Below, in pieces: positions 37,926 to 50,400 of a stretch of DNA of 64,000 nucleotides. The translations under genes were made by a program, and so were the position numbers. Below the pieces are notes generated by a model that ran no database searches, was not told where the DNA came from, and saw nothing but the letters and a program-made list of their open reading frames with translations. How positions within the stretch are numbered: the first letter of the stretch is position 1; each line of letters begins with the position of its first letter. Source of the DNA: Trypanosoma brucei (lineage: Eukaryota); contig CP000068.1 of assembly GCA_000002445.1 (NCBI GenBank), forward strand, positions 1 through 64,000, read 5' to 3'.

Positions 37926-39519
37926 AGAGAGCCGAATGGATGCCTAAAACAGAAACACTTACAAACATTGCAAGGGTACAATGGTGGTAAGTGAGTGAGT
38001 GCAAGATCAAAATTAATTTTATTCAAGAAAACGCAGAAAGGATATTGAATATTGTGATTTCAAAGAAAGCTTGATTTTGAGCGTCAACATACACAATGAT
38101 AAGACTGATTGGACGATAATCTAAAGACATAATCTAGTAAAAATTCTAAATGAATTGCTACTGTAGCTGCGTAAGCAGGGAAAGGGGTTTATAAAATGGG
38201 ATAAAACGGAAGCAGGACAATACAAAAAAGATGATAATAATACTTCAGGATGAGACAATTATTCCATGCATTTTACACAATGATGGATATGTTGTACTGC
38301 AAAAATGATGATTCTCACTGTGTTTATTAATCTGACCAGAGATTATGATAACAATATTTGAAAAAATCAGGGGCAAGAGCAGGAAAAAGAGATTTGGGAG
38401 GCATAAGGTGCTGTCTAATTCTTCTTTTCATCAGATATAGTACTGACTAAAGCATTTGTGGAATCAACATAATATTGTCTGGAGGATAGTTTGATAACTA
38501 GAACTACCAATGAAGTTGTGGCGGGAGAAAAAAAGGAATAAAAACGTTGAATATTCTTGCAGTAGATCATGTATAAGAAGTACTTTTAGAAGTAAACAAA
38601 GTAGAAAAGTTTGTAATGATATACCACCACTTCAATGCTATCATAGAGGTAAAAAATTAAATGTATTCAATAATCTAGTGCTACACATTACATGCATTAG
38701 AAAAAACATTCAATTGAGCGAACAAAGAACTTACAACACTCAAGAAATTTGCGAATGGCGCCACAACTACCAAATTTAAGTGTAAAAAGGAAGAAAAGAA
38801 AGAACAATATTCCAAGGAATCCCAACCAAGATAGCGGATACATACAAAACAAAGGCGTTATATGGTAACAGAATCTGGATGTACCAGCGGCAAGTTGGCG
38901 ACAAATAAAGTAGATCAGAAGCACCGACATCTGACTTCTTAGGTGAAAAAGTGTGGGGAATTTTCGCAGCATAGTGGTGACAATCTAAAAAGAGCAGAGA
39001 GAAATGTTATAGATATTGAAAGCCTAGGTTAAATTTAAATGTAGAATACTCTGCACAACTAACGCATCATTTTTTTTATTTTACCATGGAATTTAAATTG
39101 TACCTTAAAAAATATGGTGTACACTACAGAAGGACGAATACAAAGCACAAGAAATATAACGAAGACAATATTATACCAAGGTAGCGCAGTCAATGATATA
39201 GAAGCCGTGTAAGAACGCAAAATTTTTCTCGAGAGAAAGTAAATGCGAAACAACAACATGGGTAACTGTGCATTTTAATTAAACATTCAAGTATACGTCA
39301 CAAAAAGACTAAATTTTGAATTCAAATCAATGGTGCTTTGTAACCGAAGGCGCGAAAATAAACAATTAATATAAGTCTCCTTATCTTGTACTTTAACATA
39401 ACAAGCCTTGTCGCGAATCGTTAATAGATTGTCCTGCTTCACCTCTAAACCATTTACAGATATGCAATGAATCTCCTTATATTATAAAAGTTCAAAACAA
39501 CAAGAAAAGACCAGGATAA

Positions 39520-40955
39520 ATGCACATAATCGCCAGGATCATAGCTTTCACATATGTCGCAGTCCTGATGTGTACCCAACGATCAGCCACAACCGGGGCA
39601 GCTCTGAAGAAAGCAGCCTGGAATAAAATGTGCGCAACAGAAAAAGAGCTCAGAACGGTACCAGCAACGGCAGAACAAAAGCTAACAGAAGCACAGGGTA
39701 CAATCGAAGCATTGGAAAACCCAGCCCTTAAGATGGCGGCTGTAGCGGGGGCACACGCAGACGCCGGAGAAGCTCTAATACTGGCGGCGCTGGCGGCGGA
39801 ACTAAGGAGCGAGGCGCAGACAAAACTGCTGAACCTAAAAGAGCTTCGAAAAACAGCGCTCGAAGCAGCAGCGGTGGCGGCGGCCGTTTACGGCGGTGTA
39901 TCCGAGTTCTTTACGCTAATGACTGCCGGGCAAAGTGGGACAATAAACGGCTGCCTAGCAGACACGGATGGATCCAACGTCATTAGCGGCAAAAGCGGCC
40001 TAGGCGATTGCCCGATAGACCAAGCAATAAGCCTAACAGACACTTCAGAAACACTAACCACAACTTTCACGGAGAACGGCATAAGCTCGCTAAAGGCAGC
40101 AGATGTCAAGGACGACTCAACAAACGCGAACAAGTGCGTACTTTTCCAAAACGCGCAGGCAGGAAACGACAGACTCTTCCAGCATGGCGCAGCTTTCTTG
40201 GCTGCAGGCGGCACACTCAGCGTCAGCACGGCGGCGACAACACTCAAAACAGGGCACGGGCAAAACATTAAGGCCAACTCAACAGCGACGGGGGCGGCGC
40301 TAATTAAGCAAGCGCACTCGGCAACACTCGAACTGCTAAAACATGCAACGACGGAAGCAGAGCACGTAGGAAAGAATAAAGCCAAGGAACTAGCATCCGA
40401 CTCACATTTTGCCGCTACCGTAGTAAAAAAACTGAAGCTAATAGGCATGAAAGGGTCTGACAGCACGCTAGAAGCCTACGCCAAAAGCAAAATCAAAAGC
40501 CTTCTGGCCGATGGCGGCGAAAACTTCGGTTCCAAATGGCAAACCCTTATAGACACGCCAATATACGACGGCAAAAGCGAAGAAGTCAAAACAGAAAAGG
40601 CGTCGTCTATTACCTCCACAAAAGAGCTAATCCAATCGGTGTTGTACTACCAGATAGACCTCAAGACAAAATTTAAGCGTGCCAAAGAGGAACTCGAAAA
40701 GACACAAAACGATTACGAAAAGAAACCACAGAAACCAGAATGAAATGGCAAAGAAGAGGGAGAATGCGGCACCACTAAGGGTTTCGAATGGAATAAGACA
40801 GAAGAAAAGTGCAAACTCACAATAGCCGCACAAAAAGAGGCAAAAAAGCAAAACAGGAAATAGGAAAAGATGGCAAACCCACAAACACCACAGGAAGCAA
40901 TTCTGTTTTAATAAATAAGGCTCCTCTTTTGCTTGCAGTTTTACTTCTCGCATAA
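39520..40955 (+). pseudogene. VSG: VSG pseudogene (cassette 2). N-terminal domain is intact (407 aa with signal peptide). A frameshift at ~40740 precedes the C-terminal domain.
   Basis: ORF 39520-40743 starts MHIIARIIAFTYVAVLMCTQRSATTGA.... The C-terminal domain continues in the +1 frame (EEGECGTTKGFEWNKTEEKCKL) and another frame gives a GPI-signal-like NSVLINKAPLLLAVLLLA* ending 40955. A degenerate 16-mer lies at 41035-41050. Confidence 0.8.
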
Positions 40956-41034
40956 CATTTGTAGGATTTCCCTTCACTTGTAGAAAATTAAGAAAATTAC
41001 TTAATTTTTGAGAATTTGCGGCAATTTCTAAAAT

Positions 41035-41050
41035 TTGAAATATTCTAACA
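41035..41050 (+). promoter_or_regulatory. Degenerate VSG 3'UTR 16-mer (TGAAATATTCTAACAC).
   Basis: Matches 13/16 of the TGATATATTTTAACAC consensus. Followed by CTTTTCGATGAAAGTG, as downstream of the other VSGs. Confidence 0.5.
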
Positions 41051-41221
41051 CTTTTCGATGAAAGTGAGCAAATCTTTAAAAATTAATAATTAAAACACTG
41101 GTAAAAAGTGTATTATAGTGGGCTATGGGTGTAAATTAATAGGGTTATAAATATCAAAATGTTACCGTATTTTAATTTTGTTTATTTTATGGTTATTAGT
41201 TAAGGTTATAAAGGTAACGTA

Positions 41222-41290
41222 GTGATGATGATGATGATAATAATGATACGAGAGTGTTGTCAATGTGTAATTATTAATATATAATAGAAG
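41222..41290 (+). repeat. 70-bp-type repeat, 1 unit.
   Basis: GTGATGATGATGATGATAATAATGATACGAGAGTGTTGTCAATGTGTAATTATTAATATATAATAGAAG. Confidence 0.7.
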
Positions 41291-42839
41291 TATTTGTGAA
41301 CCATGGATTCAATGACAAAATAGAGGAGCACTTAAAACAATATAACTGTTCAATTGGAGGAAGTAAGTGAGATAGAAAGAGATATAAGATGCACAGGTTC
41401 ATACATAAATGTGAAAATGACCATCACCATACACATGAAAATGATAAAGGTGAGAGTAAAGGGGAAACAAAGTCCAGTATACAAGTATAATGGAGTCGCT
41501 TTTCCATCCGCAGAAGCAACCGATAGGAGAGGAAAAATAAGGAAAGAAAATACAGGATGCACAGATCCGCAGAAAAGTACACAATGTTTCAGGAGTTGGC
41601 TGTGCTTCACGGTTAACACAGCAATAGCGAGATGCAACGACTGAGATGGTGCTGCCTGTAAACTTTAATGGGATTATAAATTCTAATGTCCAGCTGTAAC
41701 TATGAGCAAACCCAAGCAGAAACATACGGCATAAACTAGATAAGTGTAGGGAAATGTCGAATTGTTTTTATTAGATACAGCAATAATGTCAACATTTTAG
41801 GCCAACTTTCAATATTATTTGGAGAAACGTTTTAAAAATAGAATTGCTATTAAATTACCGTGGGCAGTAAAATATAAAAATGAGGAAAATGCATAAAATA
41901 CCGCGCGTATGAAACTACAGACCAACTTTATATGTGGTACTAAGAGCTGCTAGTAATACTCCACCGCCTCTATATTGGTATAACGGTGACACTTTAAGTA
42001 CTTTAAAACAGTGGGGATTCCATATAAGCATAAGGGCCGACGAAGTCTAACTGAAGCAACAACGTATGAGGAAAAAGACGTAATAGTGCAATTCACACAA
42101 AAATTACAAAGTCTTAACCGCAAGCAGGCTTTTAAAAAATGAACCTAAAAAATACTGTATTGCGCATACAACCTAAACAAATACGTTATTTTGTCACCTT
42201 AGCTGACTATAGAGCCAAAAATTGAAAAAAAGTTATAAACAACAAGATTTGTAAATTTATATATGGAAATTTGTGCTGTTTTATAAAGAGGTTATGTATT
42301 GGGGTTGAAAAACTGGAGAGCTACGGCATAGATACAAATATATAGCGGTCCTATTGTAATAAAGATCTCAAAATATTCGCCTAAAAATAAGTTTTATTTA
42401 CGAGGCCCACACACGTAGACACATTATTGGATCCTCTCAAGCTGAGATGATGGAGAAAGAACAAAGTAGTCTAAACAACCAATTTCAAACCTCAAAAGAT
42501 TCAAGTTGAAGAACATAACACCAACAAACTCCGAATAGAAGTTGTCCTTCAATGGAGAAGTGTCTACCGCCGATAAATAATTGAGACAGAAAACAACAAA
42601 CTTAGTAGACGCAGTGGCGTCCGATGTTGATGCACAGTCCAACAGCGTAAAGATCGAAAAGAAACAAAGTTATGGCATTGGTAAAATATTTATATGTAAA
42701 TGTTGCACCATCCGTATACACATCCTAGGCGCTGCCAATGACTAAACTTACTTCTTCATACACTTTTTTTGATGAAATTTGAAGGTAGTAGCGGTGGATA
42801 AAAAGCTAGTCAATGCGCGCGGAAACCACAGGCTTTGTA

Positions 42840-44294
42840 CTCTTTACTCTAACCGCCAAATTGGCGGCAGCACAACCGGCAAAGAGAACACTCACTGATG
42901 CTGTTAATACGCCGTGAAAGGAGATTGGATACCTACAGAAATTAAGCAGCGAATTTAGTACGCAAATCACAATGGCAGACAACAGGCTACCAGAGCTTTC
43001 AAATGACATCATACAACTTTCAACAGCAGCCACATTAGCTCAAGATGCCGAAACCAAAACAGAGTACGTGGCACTTTTTGCACTAACAACGGTGGCGGGC
43101 GCAAGAACAAGCACAGCAACTCAGCACAGGACTGAAAGCCCTGGAAAACGCGTTTCTAACCCTGAACTCCAGAATAGCACCACTTAAAATGGCCATCTAC
43201 GCCACCGACAGAGCACAAGCCGTCATCTCAAACGGCAAATCAGGGACAGGGCAAGACAATTTACTAGCGGGCACAGAAAAAAATGCGACATTGCCGTTAC
43301 ATTCCAACAAACTGCAGCCAAAGACTGCCAAGCAGATCTTACTAGCGGCCCCCACGTAATGGAGGCAACATCGGAGCTAAAAAAACTGGGAGTCGTGAAG
43401 CTACATCCCGACAAGTTGTTTCATATACCAGAACTGACGCTAGATGCGCGCAATAAGGGAGACGTCAGCAGCTTCAGCAACAGCGTATTCGTAGCTGGCG
43501 CATGCCTCAGTAGCGGCCAAAGCATTGGAACAGCGGACAAAGGCTTTGGAGTCAAGGAAGCAAAAATGAAAGCATCACCCCAGCCAACCGACGTCGATTT
43601 GCACCAGCAATCGACAGCAAACAAGCCATGCGCAAACCATGTGATACCACCTAACTCATTGCTAACAACAGACAAAGCGGTAGCAAATGCGTTATGCGCA
43701 TCAAAAGGCATAGAAATAAAGCTATCACCACGGCCAATTAAACAAGACCTGGCAGAACTACGTGTTGACACAGAGATGCAAAACATAGCCCAAATAATAA
43801 TGACTGGATCCGCCAAAGCGGACCTTCCAGCTGACAAAAAGGAAGAAATTGTAGACAATCTCTTCGGTGGAAAAGGAACCAAAGTACAACAAAAGTGAAT
43901 ACAGCCCCTAGAAAACAAACAAATAACTTTTAAAATAGGTGCAGAAACAAAGTAATCAAAATTTTCTGAAGTTGCAACCACAGACGACATTGGTCACGCT
44001 GTGGCTGCAGCTTTTTACAAAGGCAAGCCACAGCAGTCCAAAACGGCAACCACAGGAGCAGAGAGCAATAAAGGTGGTGAAAGCAAGGAGAAGGAAAGTG
44101 AAAAGACGATAGGTAAAAAAGACGGCGAAAAAACAACTCCTGCTGAATGTACAGCCACTGAAGCAGATAAATGTGACAAGACAAAATGTACTTGAAATAA
44201 AGAAAAATAAAGAGTGCAAAGTGAAAGAGGAAGCGGCTGTTATTTCCACTGTAATCAAGGCCCCTCTTTTTCTTGTGTTTTTCTTCTATAATTA
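42840..44294 (+). pseudogene. VSG: VSG pseudogene (cassette 3), heavily fragmented.
   Basis: VSG-like ORF fragments at 42972-43187, 43359-43898 and 44001-44195. The C-terminal domain has ...TTPAECTATEADKCDKTKCT. The 3'UTR 16-mer lies at 44370-44384. Confidence 0.7.
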
Positions 44295-44369
44295 AATTGA
44301 TAAAAGGTTTTTGTTAAATTTTATGAAATTTTTTCTCTTTATAAGAATTTGATATATTTTACTAAAATT

Positions 44370-44384
44370 GGTATATTTTAACAC
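44370..44384 (+). promoter_or_regulatory. VSG 3'UTR 16-mer-like element (GGTATATTTTAACAC) with a partial extra copy just upstream (TGATATATTTTAC at 44350-44362).
   Basis: Seen directly. Followed by the CTTTTCGACAAAAC motif. Confidence 0.6.
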
Positions 44385-44550
44385 TTTTCGACAAAACTAT
44401 GAAAAATTATGTGAACTTTGAGAATTTAAAAATTTGGTGTTATAGTGACCTATGTGTGTAAGTAAAGGAGTAATAAAGTAAAAAAGAAGGTGATAGTCTT
44501 ATTTTGTTTACTTCATTTTTCTTGTTTATTTAATGTAGAATTAGTTAGTG

Positions 44551-44660
44551 AAATAATAGAAATGATAAAAGTGATAATATTTGTGACCATAATAGTGAAA
44601 ATGAAAGGATAGTTTTGTGAGTCTGTATATACTAATATTATAATAAGAGTAGTTGTGATG
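44551..44660 (+). repeat. 70-bp-type repeat, ~1.5 units.
   Basis: ...GATAGTTTTGTGAGTCTGTATATACTAATATTATAATAAGAGTAGTTGTGATG. Confidence 0.7.
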
Positions 44661-45186
44661 AACTCTAAGTGTCAAGACAAAATATACACACGTAAAACAA
44701 TGGCGAGGGTACTAGGAGAGGGTGAGTGGTTGAGAAAAAAGAATTCATCAGGGATATTGTTATAAAAAAGATTTGACGAGACGAGGGGAGAGTATTATGC
44801 GCACTGTGAAGTGGTCGAATAAACATAGAATGTGTAACTAGGTTTATATAAAGCTGAACTCTGAAACAAAACATAGACTTTCACAAAATATAAGCTGCAT
44901 ATACTGATCATACACACTTCAACAGCTATATCATAACAGTGTAAAGTTATTAGTTACATGTAAATACACAGTCTCCTTACCTAAACAGCTTAGTATCACA
45001 ACTTACTTTTTCTCCAGTTTTTTTAAGCATTTCCTATAATCCTACCAATTTTTAAAGATTAATTAGCACATGAAATTTGATGTATTGAGGGTTTTATTGC
45101 TATTACGTTTAGTATGTCTAAGCTAAATATCTTTTGAAGGTGATGAAATATATAACGAAATATTTATAACAGAAAATGTGCAAAAG

Positions 45187-45900
45187 AATCTTAGACTATT
45201 TGTGGTTGTAGTTCAAAAGAATGCAACTAAAGGATGGTATAGGCTCATATTGAGTGCCAAACTAAGCAATATTGAAATTATTACAATTGCGATGGGAGAT
45301 TTATATAGTCATGTTAAAAGGACTAGATGGGTTGTGGAATTCATAGAAAGTAAGAATGCAAGTAATAAGGATGTTGTAATTCATTTGGATGGGTCTGATG
45401 TTATTGTTAGTGAGAAAGATAAGAATGAGAATGCAGTAAAGTATATTTTATACAAAATAATGCAGATAATGAAAAAAAATTATGGAAGAACATAGTTACA
45501 AAGAACATGTGGAGAGATGTTATTTGCTGTTTTAATGTTGGGCATAGAAAAAAAGAGGATAAGAAGCTACCGCATTTACTAAATAAACTCCAAGTAGAAA
45601 ACCTTATTTAGTGGTGGAGGTTTGATAGCAAGAGTTTTGGCGTTTAAGAAATTTGAATATGGATTTTAAGAGTTACTAAAGGCAAGTGAGGAGTGGCAGT
45701 CGGAGCAAAGTATCTACAAAACCTTGCTATTTTGGAGTGCAAGTCAAGAAGAAGTTGTTGGACAGAGATTTTTTTTGAAGAGAGGAATGATTAGATTGGA
45801 ATATGAGGAGGGATTCTTTTCTATTCCCAATAGTGGGGTGATTGGAGAAGTTCTATTTATTCATTTTCCAGGACAACTAATTGCATAGCAGGAGAAAGTA
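45187..45900 (+). repeat. Conserved ~740-bp inter-cassette element (co-transposed-region-like), copy A. Contains a small conserved ORF (45178-45495, 105 aa).
   Basis: Visibly homologous to 57589-58340: GAATCTTAGACTATTTGTGGTTGTAGTTCAAAAGAATGCAACTAAAGGATGGTATAGGCTCATATTGAGTGCC.... Both copies lie between a 70-bp repeat and the next VSG. Confidence 0.6.
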
Positions 45901-46533
45901 AAATTGACTGTGAAATATCCTGCTTGGTTAAGCTGTCTGCGAACAAGACAAGTTAATACGATAGGTTTGGAGACAATTCAAACTGATAAAATAGGTGGAA
46001 GGGAATGGTTTATTAAATATGGAGAGATTGGTGGTGAAGTGTTTAAACTGTGGAGTTATTAAAATCTAAGAAGATGCAATAGGTGTCTGTAACTGACACG
46101 TATCAGTAGGCTTAAGTTGAAATAAAAGCACATTAATGAACCATACGGATAGATTTACCTAAACAGATTTTTATAGTTTCCAACCGTTAAGCTGCCTATC
46201 ATTGGTTGCTGAAGAAGAGACACAGTAACACCAGTGTCTTTTTTCTTCTATAGTTGTGACACCAAGGTAACTGCCTTACAGGAATAAAAGTAACCGGTAA
46301 ATTACTAAGTCTCCATTTTTTCGATGTTTTGAGAAAAACAATAACAGCACCGATTTCTTGAAAATATAAATAAAAAGTGGCACACTGACGCAAATTAATG
46401 TTGGTTTTAAAGCTTTAATGCCGAACAGTCCGCTCCGGCCAAAAAAAAATAAGTTGAACTATTTTTTGAAGGAACCGAGACTGATTGCCTTTTCGCTGGA
46501 ACCTGTTTTCATTAAGGAAAAAAATCAGAGACA

Positions 46534-48165
46534 ATGATCCGGAGCCTCGAATCCCTCGCGATTATATGGCTGTATACAGCAGCTGTAGCAGCTTATGCGG
46601 CTCAACTGCGCGCCAATGACCTAGCCGACGATTTGGGGCCCTTTGCGGTGCCATAAATCTAGCGCTAACTGAGCCCAAGGTGCAATCAGCGCCAACCGAA
46701 GTGGAAGAGCTAACCCTTGCTGTAGGCGTAATTAATCTTACTTTGGCACCCAAGAACCTAACCGATCTTATCGATTTGCAGAAGACACTTGACCAACTCA
46801 CCGACAGACCAACAACCCCAAAAGACGGCGACGAACTAAACAAGTGGAAAGCGCACTGGGACTTTTGGCAGAAAAGCAAGAAGAAGACGGAAGAACAGGA
46901 CTCAAAAAAAAAGTTACGCCGCGTGGAAGCAAGTAAAACTTTCTGAGAGAAGCCGCAAAGCGCTGCGAGCAAGCGCTGAACTTGCATACACACTCTTAAA
47001 CAAAGCCAAAGTGGAATAACTCAAACTCGCGGACAAGAACATCAAAAAACAACTGTCACAGTCACTCTACGGACCTGGCGGAAGCGAAACAGTAGATCAG
47101 ACGTACACAGGCAGCAACAGAGCCGCAAAATGCGGAAAACATGAAAGCCTAAAAGCCAGCCATGCAGGTAGCTCTTTACGATTTGACATTCAATGCCTCT
47201 GCGGTTTCGCAACAGGTGACAGCGACACCGGCAAGACCTGCTGCACAGGCTGCGGCGCAGACGTGGCCGGCACCAACCTGGGGCCAGCGAACTGGGACGG
47301 CAGCAAAGACAGCAAACCGCTGTAGCAAACGCTCAAAACAGAATGCCAAAAACTTAGTCACCACCTCACGCTATCAACCAGCTCCGTCAATGCGGTCCTT
47401 AGGTCATTTCATAACCGCCTAGAGCGAAAAAAGGCGACACCGGCGAAGCGACCTTACATTTACCGGAGAATACGGCCGGACTGGCCAGCAGTGACTACAC
47501 CGGCAGCGGTGACACAAACGGCGGTCGATGGGTACACTACAAAGTGGACTACTTCGCTGCCGGCACAACCAGCGTGCCTTGGGTAACTGCATTTTAAACA
47601 GCAGCAGCAGAAGCAGACGGCTCCAGTAAAGCTGAAGCAGCGCTTGAGGCGATCAAACTCCAGCTGGAGACACTAAACGCTACCAACGCGGCGCTAATCT
47701 ACGACACAGAGATCAACAACCCGACTAACGACGAACAACGCCGACAACCGCGATGCAAGAACAAGAAAAAGCCCAGAAAGAGGCAGCCGAAAAGTTTGCA
47801 ATGAAGCAAAAGAAGACCAGAAAGAATGCGCAAACTTAAAGGAGAAATGTTGTGTTTATAAGGAGGATGGGGGGAAGGACGAAAAGTGCATATTGAGTGA
47901 GAATGCCAAAAGGGAAGCAGAAAAAGAAGCTGCAAAGGAAGGAGAAGGAGAGGCTGGAGATACAGCTGGGTGTTCAAGACACGGCATTGATAAGGCAAGA
48001 TGTGAAAATGACAAAAAAGGCGACAAACACAATTATGCGTTTATAAATGGCAATGATAGCCAAGAGGGGAAAGACAAAGTTAAATACCAAAATAGTAATT
48101 TTCTCATCAATAAGAAATTAGTTCTGAGTATGGATTCTGCTTTTGTGAGTTGGGTACCATTTTGA
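46534..48165 (+). pseudogene. VSG: VSG pseudogene (cassette 4). Start codon and signal peptide are present, but the body has multiple frameshifts and stops.
   Basis: ATG at 46534 gives MIRSLESLAIIWLYTAAVAAYAAQLRAND. Fragments follow at 46680-46946 and 47162-47422. C-terminal ORF 47893-48165 ends ...KYQNSNFLINKKLVLSMDSAFVSWVPF, which is a GPI signal. Confidence 0.75.
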
Positions 48166-48410
48166 GTATTCTGAGGATGTTTGCTCGGTTTTATCAAATT
48201 TTGGAAATTAGCCAAATTTTCTGTTTTCACATAGTTTTATAATGTTAATAACATTTTATATATCTTAAGACTTTTTGATGAAAGTGTAATAACTTCGAAA
48301 ACATTAATTTTTTGTATGAAAGTAGAGTATGGGTGCAATGTATTAAGATGACAGTGTGTGAAAAATAAATTCATTCCAATCCATCTATTCTATGAATATT
48401 TTTAGGGTTA

Positions 48411-48575
48411 CAATAATGATAATAATAATGATGATAATAATGATGATGATAATAGGAAAGTGTTGTGAGTGTGTGTATATACGAATATTATAATGACAGC
48501 AGTAATAGTAATAATAATAGTGGTAATGAAAGTGTTTTATGGATGTGCATATGCTCATATTATAATAAGAGTGGT
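48411..48575 (+). repeat. 70-bp-type repeats, ~2.5 units.
   Basis: CAATAATGATAATAATAATGATGATAATAATGATGATGATAATAGGAAAGTGTTGTGAGTGTGTGTATATACGAATATTATAATGACAGCAGTAATAGTAATAATAATAGTGG...CATATTATAATAAGAGTGGTG. Confidence 0.8.
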
Positions 48576-50400
48576 GCGGGAAACTAAATGAAACGCCCAA
48601 GTAGCAGTACATAAAAATGAGATTTGTGCAATAAGTGATGGAGTGTGGGAGACGGAGATCAATAGAGGATGCATGCGGAATAATACTAATGAGGCACATG
48701 AATAAAGTTAGAGTTTGTGGAGCTTAATACACAAATATGAGTAAAGGCATCATCATACACAAGGAGATGATGGAGGAAACAATGAAGGATGGGGAAAGTG
48801 CGATTTACAGGATAAATTTATTCTTTACGGTACTCGCAGAAGCAGCAACAGAAGACGAAAAAAATGCGGCAGACAGAGTGAAGTAACAGGATACGCGAAA
48901 CGCAGTATTGAGGAAAAAAATGATGATACAGGAGCAGAAGGTACCCTGTATATCACTTACAAAAGGATAGATAATCTGCAGAGATGATAGTATAGACTGT
49001 AGTTGTTAATTGCACTACAGATCCCAATATTCATCGATGTATAAGAAAGAGTAAAGCAGAAATATGTGGAAACGAATGGGTAAGCGTGAGGAAATTCAAA
49101 TTTTTTTTCTCATCAGATATACTGATAAGCACCAATATTTGCATGAAATAAATTAATTTTTGGTGGAAGATGTTTTTAAACCTATGGCTACCAATGAATT
49201 ATGGTGGAGAGCAGAAGAAGAAAAAACAAAAACGTGAAAAGGCTCAGAACAGCGCAGAGGAAAGGGACGCAGGATGACTATGAAGTGAAGGAAAACAATT
49301 GCGAGGGTTCTACAGCTCCATACTGATATACAGATGAGAAATTAATACCATCCAGAAATGGTGCGCTACATATTAGAGTCAGATCTAGACCCTCGTATAA
49401 TGAAAACAATAAATAAGTCGCAACAGATAAGGGAGTTAAAAATGAGTTCCGCGTTTCAGATTACCAAACGTAGAAGACGTAAAAGCATGCAAATTTTGAA
49501 GAAAACCCAAGGAAGACCATGCATGCGCGCAAGGAAGGGACGTTGCCCTGCTAACTCAGTCTGAAATTAGAATGTAAAGTTAGTTAGAGATTTTAGATTT
49601 GAAAAGGTAAATTTTTATTTTAAGGTATAGAAAACTGTCAGTTTTTTTTTATGAAGCGCCGCGATGTATTGGACGATAAATAGAGATAAAACAGATATAA
49701 ACCTAACTAACTTGGAATTAAAAGTGGTAAACGTTTGTTATTTTCACGCGCGTTTTACTCTCATCTTGCAACAGAGAAAGCCAGTAGCCGCTGCAGGCAG
49801 AACCATGAAGGATAAACTGCAAACGAAGACAATACAAAAGAAAGGAAGGAAGACTTTAAACAAACCAGAGAAGAGCTGATTCAACTGAGGATCAAAGAAA
49901 ATTCTCCAAAATCTCTATTGAAAGCTACATCTTTGATTGGAACGCAATATGAGCATATAGAGAAACCATCAGTGACGGTAGAACGATCTTTAAAAATAAA
50001 AAACATGCTGTGCACAGGCAGAAATCGTCAGCAGCAGAAGGCAGCGACTGTAGAAAAGAAAAAAACGCTGAAAATCAGATGCTAACGTCGTCATTTTATT
50101 CTACAGAACTCCAGTCTGGACAACTCAACCTCTAAAGACCAGACACTTGGTGGAAATGCTTGAATATTACGGCTGCAAAGTCGTTCCCCATTTAATTTAT
50201 TTGTCTTAAGTTTTAACGAACCGCCACACGTGGCAGTGCAGTCTAAACAGCAGCCAAGCACAACCAACAAGCAAGCACCATTTCTTATCCAGTTGCAGGG
50301 AAGCCGGGAACCACTTTACGGGAGAGAAAATTCAAACCAAAAAGTCCTTGAAAACCCTGTAAGACGTTTCAGCGAACAAAAAAAAATACCTTAGCGACAA

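Noticed and set aside
43421-44258. Long minus-strand ORFs overlapping the VSG 3 region (43421-43990, 43930-44184, 43956-44258). Similar antisense ORFs overlap other VSGs, for example 39888-40466 and 46562-46993.
   Set aside because: They are antisense to recognisable VSG coding sequence. They are Cys/Phe/Leu-rich, which is typical of reverse-frame artefacts of Ala/Lys-rich genes. No start or stop context supports them.
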